From contig NC_086097.1 in NCBI RefSeq assembly GCF_963921235.1, positions 172,610,001 to 172,670,000 on the forward strand: DNA of 60,000 nt, written 5' to 3'. Position 1 is the stretch's first letter. Each line of letters opens with the position of its first letter. This document shows positions 12,451 through 25,505 of this stretch, piece after piece. The stretch is from Mobula hypostoma. Lineage: Eukaryota. A model generated the notes under the pieces. It made no database searches and was not told the DNA's origin. It saw only the letters and a program-made list of their open reading frames with translations. Both the position numbers and the translations under genes were made by a program.

Positions 12451-12609
12451 TCAGTTTACTGTTTTTGTGCGAACGTTGTGCTTCTGATGCTCTGTGCCTG
12501 TGATTCTGCTGCGACTAAGTTTTTCATTGCTCCTGTGCAGTCGTGTACTTCCGCATATGTGCCACTGGCCTCGACAAGTACAGGTCCAGCGACACGTAAA
12601 AGCTTCTGA

Positions 12610-12975
12610 ACAAAGCTGCCTGAAAGATTGGCATCACATCCACCACTCTATCTGTCCGTTCCCTCCAACACTGGCACGGTGCCTGCAGTGTGCACCATCT
12701 GCGCTCCAGCAGCACCTGGCAAACCCATGACCTCTGCCACAGAGAAGGATGAGGACATCAGATGCATTGGAGTGCCACCACCTGCAGGCTCCCCTCCAAA
12801 TCACATAGCATCATGATTTTGGAAATAATGCCTGTTCCTCCACCAACACCTGGTCAACACCCTAATAGTTCCTGACCAACTAGACCATGGGCTTCACTTG
12901 TTGGACTACAGCGATTCTAGATGGTGGCTCAACACTAGATCTCAGTGGTAATTAGGGGTGGGCAATAACTGATCT
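12610..12975 (+). mobile_element. Ancient CR1/L3-type LINE 3' end
   Basis: Ends in 'aattaggggtgggcaataact', the tail shared with the LF-SINE-like copies. Confidence 0.5.
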
Positions 12976-12979
12976 TAAT

Positions 12980-14785
12980 GGGATGATTTGGAAGCTTTTA
13001 AAATCCAGCAAAAGGCAACTAAAAAGCTGTAAGAAGGGAAAAGATGAAATATGAGGGAAACTAGCCAGTAATATAAAGCAGGATACAAAAGTTATTTCAG
13101 TTGCATAAAGAGCAAGAGTTCATATGAGACCTCCGAAAAATGATGCTGGTGAGGTAGTAATCGGGGACAAAGAAATGGCAGATGAACTTAATGTGTACTT
13201 TGCATCAGTCTTCACTGTGGAAGACCTAGCAATGTGCCAAAGGTCTGTGAGTGTCAGGGAGCATGAGTGAGTGCTATAACGGATGCATTGGTCATGATCT
13301 TTCAAGAATCATTTGATTCTGGCATGGTCCCAGAGGACTGGAAAATTGCAAATGTCACTCCACTCTTTAAGAAGGGAAGAAGACAAAAGAAAGGAAATTA
13401 TTGGTCAATTGTTGGGAAAGTGTTGGAGTCTATTATTGGTCAGTTGTTGGGAAAGTGTTGGAGTCTATTATTAAAGATGAGGTTTCGGGGTACTTGGAGA
13501 CTAATGATAAAATAAGTCAAAGTTAGCATAGTTTCTGTAAAGGGAAATCTTGCCTGACAATTCTATTAAGAGTTCTTCAAGGAAGTTACAAGCAGAGTGG
13601 ACAAAGGAGAGGCAGTGGATGTCATTTACTTGGATTTTCAGAAGACATTTGATGAGGTGCCACACATGAGGCTGCTTAACAAGATAAAATCCTGTGGCAT
13701 TACAGGAAAGATACTGTCGTGGATAGCAGAATGGCTGACAGGCAGGAGGCAGCGAGTGGGAATAAAAGGGTTTTTTCTCTGGTTGGCTGCCAGGGTCCAG
13801 TGGTGCTCCTCAGGGGTCAGTATTGGGACTGCTATTTTTCACATTGTGTGTCAATGATTTTGGATAATGGAATTGATAGTTTTGTGGCAAAGTTTGCAGT
13901 GGAGGGATAGGAAGTACTGAGGAAGCAACGGGATTGCAGCAGGACTTAGACAAATTGGAAGAATGGACAAAAAGTGGCAGCGGAATACAGTGTTGGGAAA
14001 TGTATGATAATACATTTTGATAAAAGGAACAATAGTGCAGACTATTATCAAATGGGGGGGGGGAGAAGTTTCAAACATCAGATGTGCAGAGGGACGTAAG
14101 AGACCTCGTGCAAGACTCCCAGAAGGTTAATTTACAGGTTGAGTCTGTGGTAAAGAAGGCAAATGCAATGTTGGCATTTATTTCAAGGGAAATAGAATAT
14201 AAAGCAAGGAGATAATGCTGAGCCTTTATAAGACACTAGTCAGGCCACACTTGGAGTACTGTCAACAGTTTTGGGCCCCATATTTCAGAAAGGATGTGTT
14301 GTCATTAGAGAGAGTCCAGAGGAGGTTCATGAGGATGATTCCAGGAATTAAGGGGTTAGCATATGAGAAGCATTTGGCAGCTTTGGGCCTGTACTCACTG
14401 GACTTTAGAAAAATGCAGAAGGATTTCATTGAAACCTGCTGAATGTTGAAAGGATTAGATGGGGTAGATGGGGAGAGAATGTTTCCAATGGTGGTGATAT
14501 CCAGAACTAGAAACACAGCCTCAAAATTGAGGGATGATCTCTTAGAGTTATAGAGCCAGAATCCGTGGAATGCTCTGCCACAAACTGTGGTGGGGGCTAG
14601 GTCTGTAGGCATATTTAAGGCGGAAGTTTATAGCTTCCTGATCAGTCAAGGCATCAAAGGATATGTATGGCGAGAAGGCAGGTGTATGGGGTTCATTGGG
14701 GTCTGGGATCAGCCATGGTAGAATGATAGATCAGATTCAATGGGCTGAATGGCCTAATTCTGCTCCTACGTCTTACGGTCTTACC
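12980..14785 (+). mobile_element. 5'-truncated, internally deleted CR1 LINE
   Basis: PEDWKIANVTPLFKKG, VIYLDFQK and YKTLVRPHLEYC; 3' UTR ending 'tcttacggtctta'. Confidence 0.93.
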
Positions 14786-15444
14786 TAACAGTACAACATA
14801 TTACTGATCCTGCAGTCTGCGATGTTGTGCTGACTTTTTAACCTACTCCACGATCAATCTAACTTTTCTCTCTTACAGAGCCCATTACCCTCCACTTTTC
14901 TTCCATCTATGTGCTATTTAAGAGTCTCTTAAATGTCCCTTTTGTATCAGCATCTACAACCAGCCCTGGCAGTGCATTCCAGGCATTTACCACTCTCTGT
15001 GTAAAAACATCTCCTCCAAACTTTCCTTCACTCGCTTTAAAAGGACATCTTAATAAATACAGTATGTAAAAAAAATACAACTTATTTCCAACTGAATTTT
15101 GCTGATAAGTCCAATTTCTGCCTTGGATGGAGCGTTGCCTCAGAATTTCTTCGTAAGTATGCTTAATTTGTTATGAGACTGCTGTGTTCCTATTTGAACC
15201 TTATGGTGATTTGACACAAACTAGGTTAATTTGCATCCATCAACACACTAAGGGAAAGCAAAAGTAGAGCATTCGATCGGAATAAGAAAGCAGGACACCT
15301 CATGACCACTAGAGTGAATACCTAGTGTCAGCAATGAGTGCAGCACATAACTCAGGTACCTGGATGAGGTTCCTGTAGGCACCTAATAGATTTGTAAATG
15401 GGAGAAATAATTATTGTTGTTGTTTCCTCTATTCACCCCAATAA

Positions 15445-15590
15445 ACAACAAACAAGATTCTGGAGGAAGTCAGCAGGTCAGGCAGGATCTGTAAAGGGCA
15501 ATGGACAAACAATGTTTCAAGTTGAAACCCTTCATCTGAACAGATTGTTTGTTGCTCCAAATTCCAGTATCTGCAGTCTCTGGTATCTCA
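15445..15590. mobile_element. Degenerate Penelope-like terminal palindrome
   Basis: 'ctggaggaagtcagcaggtcaggcag...gaaacccttcatc' followed by inverted 'ccagtatctgcag'. Confidence 0.6.
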
Positions 15591-16549
15591 ATTCACCTCC
15601 ATAACTTTGTTCAACTCCTTCTAAGCATCAGTTTATCTGCTGCTGAAACAGTAAACCTTGCCTTAGTTTCTTTGGGACTTTTATATTGCTGCCCAACTTC
15701 TCTGTAAACCTGAAGTAAAACTCTGCTGTTTTCATCCTAACTGGCAGCACTGCACAGTCCTGGGCTCCCTGAGTTCAGGATTAAATCTCTCATCTTGGTT
15801 TTTAAATACCCTCCTTTTTGTTGTTTGTTTTCTCCATCCCTATCAGTTCTACTGTCCACTGACGAGATCCGCACCCCTCTTATGCTGGCCTATTGAATAT
15901 TCTCAAAGATAATTGTGGGCAATGGTAACTATCAACAGTCTCTTTCCCGCTCATCAACACTTCCACCTTTCCTCAATAGAGAGGTTGCTGATAATAAGGT
16001 TTTCCATCATCTCTCCTAATTTTTTATTATGCAAACTAAGATCAACTGTGGCTGATTATCGAGCTATTCAGCATGAATTCACAGCATCCATCAGCCACCC
16101 AGTCACACTAACATTAATCCTACTTTTTATTCTCTCCACAGAGCAAGCAGAGTGTGAAGCTCACAGCCACAGGGAGTGGTGAGGGGAGTCACACTAATGC
16201 ACTTTAGGGAAGAACATGTGAGATATGATAGGAGTTTTCAAAATTATGAGAGGCATAGATAGACAACCAGTATCTTTTTTATTCCAGGGCTGAAAGGTCT
16301 GATTCTGTAGGGCATACATTTAGGGTGAGAGGGGTAAATTCAAAGGAGTTGTGTGGCGCAAGTTTTTTTTACACAGAGAGATGTGGGTCTCTGAAATGTG
16401 CTGCCAGGGGTAAGCAGATAAGATAGAAACAATGAAGAGACTTTTAGATAAGGACATGCTTATGCAGAGAATGGAGGGATATGAACCATGTGCATGTGCA
16501 GGCAGAGGGTATTAGGTGTCATTACCTTAATTAGTTCGACGAAACGTCA

Positions 16550-18962
16550 TTCAAGATTCAAGATTGTTCAAGTAAGTATAAAAAGTGATGAAATAATTGT
16601 TACTCCAGATCTGATGCAGCATATAAAAACACACTAAAATAAAGAACAGAACAATAGGAGATTAGTGGGCAACATTAGGGCACATGGTATTGGGGACAGA
16701 GTACTGACATGGATTGAAAATTGGCTTGCTGACAGGAAAAAAGAATAGCGATTAACGGGTCTCTTTCGGAATGGCGGTCGGTGACCAGTGGGGTACCGCA
16801 GGGTTTAGTACTGGGACCGCAGCTGTTTACAATATATATGAATGATTTAGATGAAGGGATTAAAAGTAACATCAGCAAATTTGCAGATGATACAAAGCTG
16901 GGTGGCAGTGTGAAATGTGAGGAGGATGTTATAAGAATGCAGGGTGACTTGGACAGGCTGGGTGAGTGGGCGGATGCATGGCAGATGCAGTTTAATGTGG
17001 ATAAATGTGAGGTTATCCACTTTGGTGGTAAGAACAGGAAGGGAGATTATTATCTAAATTAAATTAAATTAAATCTAAATTAAAGTCAAATTAGGAAATG
17101 GGGAAGTACAACGAGCTCTAGGTGTTCTTATACATCAGTCACTGAAAGCAAGCATACAGGTACAGCAGGCAGTGAAGAAAGCTAATGGCATGCTGGCCTT
17201 CATAACAAGGGGAATTGAGTATAGGAGCAAAGAGGTCCTTCTGCAGTTGTACAGGGCCCAGGTGAGACCACACCTGGAGTACTGTGTGCAGTTTTGGTCT
17301 CCAAATTTGAGGAAGGACATTCTTGCTATTGAGAGAGTGCAGCATAGGTTCACAAGGTTAATTCCCGGGATGGCGGGACTGTCATATAGCGACTGGGCTT
17401 GTATGCTCTGGAATTTAGAAGGATGAAAGGGGATCTGATTGAAACACAAGATTATAAAGGGATTGGACACGCTGGAGGCAGGAAGCATGTTCCAGCTGAT
17501 GGGTGAGTCCAGAAGCACAGGCCACAGTTTAAGAATAAGGGGTAGGCCATTTAGAACGGAGCTGAGGAAAAACTTTTTAACCCAGAGAATGGCGGATATG
17601 TGGAATACTCTTCCCAGAAGGCAGTGGAGGCCAAGTCTCTGGATGTTTTCAAGAAAGAGATGGATAGAGCTCTTCAAGATAGTGGAATCAAAGGTTATGG
17701 GGCTAAGGCAGGAACTGGATCCTGATTGTGGATGATCAGGCATGATCACAGTGAATGGCGGTGCTGACTCAAAGGGCCAAATGGCCTACTCCTGCACCTA
17801 TTGTCTATTGTCTATAATATAAAACAACACAAATACATAAAATAGCTTATATCCATAGATTGATTTTATGGCCATAAAGTGGCACTATGTACAGAAGTGT
17901 CCGTACATAAGGTGACTCTGACAGGAAATGATAAAATCGTGGAGGTGGGGTTGTAGTGTCACCAGTGAACTTAACAATGTGATTACTTGGGTGTTTGGCC
18001 GTACAGTTGTGTGTGAGCGGAGTGTACAGTAGTGGGCTCAGCTCACAGCCCTGGGAGGAAGCCTGTGTTGAAGATGATGGAGAAAAAGTGGCCGTGCATC
18101 TTGATTATCTGAGTTCTGCTTATTAGGAAGTCCAACACTCATTGAAGCAGGTGTTTCATAGTGGAGTATTTAGACTGAGGAATAGGAGTTTGTTCACCAA
18201 GGTCTGTGGGACAATAGTGTTAAATGCAGGGCTGAAATCCAGCAACACCATTCTGACATAAGTGTTGTTGTTTTCTAGGTGTGTCAGGGCCAGGTATGTG
18301 ACAGGTACTATGGCATAGAGCAGTTCTGTTTGTAGCCAGGATGTGTGAAGCCTGTGTGTTTAAATTGTTGAGGATGTCTGTGAAGACATCAGTGAACTGG
18401 TGTGCACATTCCCTGAGTATTCAGCCTGGGATATTGCCTTTCAAGGGTTGACTCTTTGCAGAGTCCTTCTCATGTCTACTGCTGTTACAGACAGTGGTGC
18501 TCACTTGCAAGGGGTATAGCTTTCGTAGCTGGCATTGTTTTGCATGCCTCAGTGTGCATAAGTGAGCATCGGGGAAGGAGGCATCACTGGTACAGACAAC
18601 ACTGTTTTCCCTGCATCATCAGTACTGCCCTTGATGCCCAGCCACATACGCTGAGGATTGTTATCTGACAGCTTTTCTTGAATTATTGTGCATAAGCGGT
18701 CTTTGCCTTCTTGATGCCTGAGATGAAATTTCTCCTGGCTGCTTTGAGAGCTGTTTTGTCACTAGGCTTGAAGGCAGCATACCAGGCTTTCAGTAGGGAG
18801 CATACCTGTGCATTCAGCCAGGGCTCCTGGTTGGGTTATGAAATTACCTTTCTTGAGGTATAGACATTGTCTACACACTTAATAGATGTAGCTGGTGACA
18901 GATGAGGTATATTCCTCAAGGTCTGTGTCTTCTCGGTTTGTGGCAGCCTCCTTGAACATCAT
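16550..18962 (-). mobile_element. Rex1/Babar-type LINE fragment, interrupted by a CR1
   Basis: Tail 'caagattcaagatt' at 16552; minus-strand RT-region sequence (SQGCELSPLLY-like at ~18020-18055; NQEPWLN at ~18820). Confidence 0.75.
16656..17815 (+). mobile_element. 5'-truncated CR1 LINE
   Basis: GVPQGLVLGP, KFADDTK and VRPHLEYC; (CTATTGT)n tail. Confidence 0.95.
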
Positions 18963-18999
18963 GAGCCAGAGGGCTTGTTCCTGTGTTGAACTGTTCTTT

Positions 19000-19260
19000 T
19001 TGGGTCAATCCTGAACTCTGGTGTTGTCTATATAGTGTTTGCATGTTCTCCTGTGACTGGGAAGCCTCCCCCCAATTGCTATGTTTTCCTCCTACATTGG
19101 GAGATTAATTGGCTACTGTAAATTGTCCCTGGTGTTTGGGTAAATGATAGAATCTGGAGGGAGTTGATGGGAATGAGAGAATAAAATATCGTTAGTGCAG
19201 GGTATAAGTGATCTGCATGGGCTCTAGTGGGTTGAAAGGCTGTTTTCCTGTTACACATTG
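19000..19260 (+). mobile_element. V-SINE (HE1-like), decayed
   Basis: V-domain-like 'tagtgtttgcatgttctcctgtgact...ttaattggctactgtaaattgtccct'. Confidence 0.7.
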
Positions 19261-19524
19261 TAAGAATCCATGTTCAACGTTCTAAGAATAGGTACACTGA
19301 ATGGAGAAAGGAGAGGTGGGAAGAACTAGTGTGGAGCCAACAAAGGCTACAAGGGAACTCAGCCAGTCGAACAGCATCTGGTGGAGAAGTGGAGGACAAA
19401 GGATTTGTCAACGTTCTGGGTCGATAAGCAGCATCAGGCCAAGTGCCTATTCAGCTAATAATGCAGGAAACAGAAGGACTAGGTTATTCAGCCTCCTTGT
19501 ATCCACTCCATTTCTCAATGACAA

Positions 19525-22500
19525 TTTGACAGACGAGCTGCTAAGGGATTGCTTTGAGTTGGTGGACTGGGCCGTGTTCAAGGACTCATCTGTAGATCTG
19601 AATGAATACACCATGGTTGTCACGGGTTTTATTAAAACAGTTATAGATGAGTGTGTCTCCACAAACGAGTGTACCAGAAGCCCTGGATGAACCATGAGAT
19701 CCACAACCTGCTGAGGGCCAGATCAGAGGCATTCAAGTCTGGTAACCAAGAAAGTTACAAGAAGTTCAGGTATGATCACCAGAAAGCCATTTCACAGGTG
19801 CAGTGGCAATTTTGAATTAAACTTGAATCAACGAAGGATGCTGGACAGTTGTGGCAGAGCTTGAATTCTATCACCTCTTATAAAGTTAAATCAAGAGGCA
19901 CAGACGAATACAAAGGCCTTTGCTTCTAGATGAGTTCAATGCCTTCTATTCCTGCTTTCACTGTCAATCATCATGAACTTACTCAGGCCCTGAAGATCCT
20001 GTGATTTCAGTCTCTGAGGCAGACATGTGATCATCCTTTAAGAGGGTGAACCCATGAAAGGCATGCAGCCCAGACAAGGTACCTAGCTGCGTACTAAAGA
20101 CCTGTGCTGCTCAACAGGCTGGAGTGTTCACTGAGATCTTTAATGTCTTGCTTCGACAGCCCGAGGTATCCACCTACTTCAAGCAGGCTTCAATTATACC
20201 AGTGCCTAAGAAGAACATGGTAACCTGTCTCAATGACTACCGTCCAGTATCTGCTCCAACTTCAATTCAACCCAAATTTAATTGTTATTTATCCAGATAT
20301 GAATCTTCATGAATACTGCCAAACAAGACAGCATTACTACGGGGTCAAGGTGCAAGGACACGTTGCCAACTGTCACACACAGTAAGCACACACAAGATCA
20401 CAATCATGTAGTAAGAGTCCTGAGGCCCACCTCACCCACCCGCCTCTTCCCACCGATGATGCTATGGCTGAAGGCATTTAAGCCAACAAACTCATATAGA
20501 ATATCAGTGAAAAATACAATTGCCTACCAGAGCAACAGTTCCACAGCAGATGGTACAAGCACAAGAAAGTCTGCAGATGCTGGAAATCCAAGCAACACAC
20601 AACATACTGAAGGAACTCAGCAGGCCAGGCAGCATCTGTGGAAAAGAGTAAACAGTCGATGTCTTGGGCTGAGACCCTTCATCAGGATTGGAAAAAACAA
20701 TGAGACATCAGAGCAAGAAGGTGTGGGGAGGGGAGGAAGAAGTACGTAGTGGTACGTGATAGGTGAAACCAGGAGGGAAGGAGGGATGAAGTAAAGAGCT
20801 GGGAAGCTGATTGGTTATAGAGATAAAGGGCTGGAGAAGGAGGAATTGATAGAACAGGACAGAAGCCCGTGTAAGAAAGAGAAGGGGGAGGAGCACCAGA
20901 TAAAAGTAATGAGCAGTTAAGGAGATAAGGTAAAAGAGGGAAAAAGGAATGGGGGAACAGTGAAGGGGGGAGATTGCTGGAAGATTGAGCGATCAATGTT
21001 CATGCCATCAGGTTGGAGGTTACTCAGATGGAATATAAGGTTTTGCTCCTCCAACATAGGTGCTCGGTGAAGCAGTCTCCCAATCTATGTTGGGTCTCAC
21101 TTTTATACTGTAGGCCACACCTGGAGCATAGGATACAGTAAATGTCCCCAACAGACTTACAGGTGAAGAATCTCCTCACCTGACAGGACTGTTTGGGGCC
21201 CTGAGTGGTAGTGAGGGAGGAGGTGTAGGGGCAGGTATGGCACTTGTTTCACTTGCAAGGATAAGTGCCAGGAGGGAGATCAGTGGGGACGGATGAATGG
21301 ACAAAGGAGTCGCATAGGGAGCGATCCCTGTGGAAAGGGAGAAGGAACGATGTGCTTGGTGGTGGATCCCATTGGAGATGGTGAAATTACGGAGAATTAT
21401 GTGCTGGACGTGGAGGCTAGGGGGTGGTAGGTGAAGTAGATGGCATCTCACTGGCTATTCATTCAACCTTGGCATATCTAGACAGCAATGATGCACACAT
21501 CAGGGCCCTTTTTATTAACTACAGTTGAGCACTCATTACCATCATCTCCTCAGAACTAATCAATTAGTTCCAGAAACTTGGCCTCAGTACCTTCTTGTGC
21601 AACTGGATTTTTGATTTCCCAACTTGCAGACCTCAGTCAGTTTGGATTGGCAACAGCAGTTCGTCCACAATCTCCATCAGCATAGCTGTACCACAAGGCT
21701 GTGTGCTTAGCCCCCTGCTCTGCTCACTTTACACTCATGACTGTGTGGTTGATCACAGCTCCAATGGCATATTCAAGTTTGCTGATGGCACCACTGTGGT
21801 AGGTCGAATCAAAGGTGGTGATGAATCAGCGTATAGGAGTGAGTTTGAAAATCTGATTGAGTGGTGCCATAACAACAACTTCTTACTCAATGTCAACAAG
21901 ACCAAAGAGCTAATTATTGACTTCAGTAGGAGGATGGTGCCAGAGGTTCATGAACCAGTCCTCATCGGAGGATCAGAGGTGGAGAGGGTCAGCAACTTTA
22001 AATTCTTCAGTGATATTATACCAAAGGATCCGTCCTAGACCCAGCACATGAGTGCAATTACGAAAGAAGCCTGGCAGCGCCTCTACTTCCTTAGGAATTT
22101 GCGAAGATTCCGCATGACATCTAAAACTTTGACAAACCTCTACAAATGTGTAGTGGAGCGTATATTGACTGGCTGCATCATGGCCTGGGTATGGAAACAC
22201 TAATGCCCTTGAAGGGAAAATCCTCCAAAAAGTAGTAGATACAGCTGAGTCAATCATGGGTAAAGCCCTCCCCTCAACTGAGCACAACTACACAAAACGT
22301 CGTCACAGGAAAGCAGCATCGTCACTAGGGAGCCTCACTACCCAGGGTATGCTCTCTTTTTTTTTAACTGCCATCAGGAAGAAGGTACAGGAGCCTTGGG
22401 ACCCACACCACCAGGTTCAGGAACAGTTATTACCCCTCATCCATAAGGCTCTTCAACAAAAGTACATAGCTTCATTCAACTTCACTTCATCATTGAAATG

Positions 22501-22570
22501 TTCCCACAACCTATGAATTCACTTTCAGAGACTCTTCATCTCATATTCTCAATTTTTATTGCTTATTTAT
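19525..22570 (+). mobile_element. Rex1/Babar LINE with two nested insertions (~20260-20519 and 20554-21437)
   Basis: [39 protein letters not shown] and [11 protein letters not shown]. Confidence 0.9.
20554..21437 (-). mobile_element. Penelope-like element 3' fragment (zinc finger plus GIY-YIG endonuclease pseudogene and terminal repeat)
   Basis: The minus strand translates PGTYPCK*NKCHTCPY...FTCKSVGDIYCILCSRCGLQYKSETQHRLGDCFTEH...LQPDGMNID; AGATGG is duplicated at 20548-20553 and 21438-21443. Confidence 0.88.
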
Positions 22571-23164
22571 TCCTGGTGCTGACCCAGATCTACTCCCCAC
22601 ATTCAGCACAATTCCAGCAAGATCAACAAAAAGCCATGAACAATGTCAACCTCCCCATAAAGATTTAGTGCAGCCATTCTCTGTGCCACAGGCTCACCCC
22701 ACTTTCTCAATGGAAGGAGCTATGAGACACAATCAACACAGGGAAAAGACACTTCATCGTTGATCCCACACCTGACCTCTCTGCCTTCAACCTCCATTAA
22801 AGACCACGAACAGCCTTTACCAGAATCCACACAAGCAAAGGGCAATGTGGTCACCTGCTCCTCATATAGCCAATTGTAAATAACCCACCGTCAAGTTATT
22901 TCAAGAGAAGTCAAATTTATTGCTATGTACACAATACGGTGAGGTTCAAGTGCACTTCTACACTCATTCTACACTAAGCATCTCCTGTGGGTGTACTGGT
23001 ACACTGGACTTCCAAGTGTGAGACTAATTGGTAACTGATTTATTATTATCACATGCATGGATGTTTTGCATGCCCCATCCATCACAACGTAAGTACATCG
23101 AGGTAGTACAAGGGGAAAGCAATAATCTGGTGCAGAATATAGCATTATAATTACACAGAAATTA

Positions 23165-24985
23165 CAACAATTTTTAAAAACCAACAGAAGGCAACTAAAA
23201 AAGTCATTAAGAAGGCAAAGATCGAATATGAAAGTAAGCTAGCAAATAATATTAAAGAGGATACCAAAAGTTTCTTCAGATACATAAAGTGTAAAAGTGA
23301 GGTATCAAACCACTAGAAAACAGTGCTAGAGAAATAGTAATGGGGGACAATGAAATGGTGGACAAACTGAACAAGTATAATGCCAGTCTTCACTGTGGAA
23401 GACACAAGCAGTATCGTGGAAGTTCCAGGTGTCAGGGGTTATGAAGTGTGTGAAGATACCACAGAGAAGGTTCTTGGGAAACTGAAAGATCTGAAGATAG
23501 ATAAGTCACCTGGACCAGGTGGTGTACACCCCAGGGTCTGAAAGAGGTGGCTGAAGGGATCATGGAAGCATTAGTAAAGACCTTTCAAGAATAATTAGAT
23601 TCTGGAATGGTTCCAGAAGACTGGAAATTGCAAATGTTATTCCACTCTTTAATAAGGGAGAGAGGCATCAGAAAGGAAACTATGGGCCAGTTAGTCTGAC
23701 CTCAGTTGAAGATGAGGAATCGATTATTAAGGGTGAGTCTCAGAGTACTTGGAGGCACATGATAAAATAGACCGTAGTCAGCATGGAGATTCCTCAAGGG
23801 AAAATCTTGTCTGACAGATCTGTTGGAATTCTTTGAAGAAATAACAAGCAGGATAGACAAAAGAGAATCGGTTGATGTTGCGTACTTGGATTTTCAGAAG
23901 GCCTTTGACAAGGAGTCACACATGAGGCTGCTTAACAAGCTATGAGACCATGGTATTACAGGAAAGATTCTGTCATGGGTAAAGCAGTGGGTGATTGGCA
24001 GTAGGCAAAGAGTAGGAATTAAGGGAGCCTTTCCTGGTTGACTGCTGATGACTAGTAGTGTTCCAGTGGGGTCTGTGCTGGGACCGATTCTTTATATGTT
24101 ATATGTCAATGATTTGGATGATGGAATTGATGGCTTTGTTGAAAAGTTTGCAGACGATATGAAGATAGGTTGAGGGCCTGATAGTTTAGAGGAAGTAGAG
24201 AGGTTATAAAGGATTTAGACAGATTAGGAGAATGGGCAAAGAAATGCAGATGGAATACAGTGTTGGAAAGTGTGTTGTAGAAGAAATGAAAGGGATAACT
24301 ATTTTCTAAATGGAGAGAATATACAAAAAACTGTGTTACAAAGGGACTTCATTGTCCAGGATTCCCTATAGGTTAAATTTGCAGATTAAGTCTGTGGTGA
24401 GGAAGGCAAATGTAATGTTAGCATTCATTTCAAGAGGATGGATTATAAAAGCAAGGGCATAATTTTGAAACTTTATATCGCATTGGTGAGCCCTCACTTG
24501 GAGCATTGTGAGCAGTTTTGGGTCCCCTATTTTAGAAAGGATGTGCTAAAACTGGAGAGAGTTCAAAGGAAGTTCACAAAAATGATTCCAGGATTAAGTG
24601 GCTTGTCATATGAAGCGTGTTTGATGGTTCTGGGCCTGTGTTCACTAGAACTTAGAAGAACAAGGGTTGACGTCATTGAAACCTATCAAACGGTTTAAAG
24701 CAGAGGTCACATCCTCAGAATTGAGAGGCGTCCTTTTAGAACAGAGATGAGGAGGAGTTTCTTTAGCTAGAGAGTGGTGAACCTGTGGAATTTTTTGCAA
24801 CAGGCAGCTGTGGAGACCAAGTCTTTATAGATCCTTGATTGGTCAGGGCATGAAGGGATATGGGGAGAAGGTAGGAGATTGGAGCTGAGAGGAAAATTGG
24901 ATCAGCCATGATGAAATGGCAGCACAGACCTGATGGGCCAAATGGCTTAATTCTGCCCCTATATCTTATGGTCTCATGGTCTTGT
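23165..24985 (+). mobile_element. 5'-truncated, decayed CR1 LINE
   Basis: RT-region sequence matching the other CR1 copies; LYIALVSPHLEHC; tail 'tcttatggtctcatggtctt'. Confidence 0.92.
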
Positions 24986-25505
24986 AACAGTGAGATAGAA
25001 GCTGTCTTTGAGCCAAGTGATGGTTGTTTTCAAGTTTTCTGTCTCTGCCTGATATGGGCTGGAGTGGCAGCTGGCGAGAGAGAGAGAAAATATCAAGGTG
25101 GTAGTGGTAATTGATTATGTTGGCTCCTTTCCTAAAGCAGTGAGAAGTGTAGCTGGTTTTTGTAATTATCTGGGATGTGTCCACAAATCTTTGCAATTTC
25201 CTGCGGTCTTGCATAGACCAGTTGCTATACTAATTATATCATTCAAAAAGGAAATGTGGCTCTAAACCTTTCAATTAACTCCTAGCTGAGTGAAGAAATG
25301 TCCTGGGTACCCACAGAATTAGGTGAGCATGCTTTCAAAATCTATGTGTACACTTTTGTGCGGTTTGAAAGCAGCGATACACCTTCCCTAACAGGTACCA
25401 TTTTACCTCATTCCAGACTGTGGTTTGACCATGCAAACTTAACATAATGAAGTCTCAATGAGACTCATCACAGCAATTCTGGAACTTATAATTTAAAGAA
25501 TTAAT

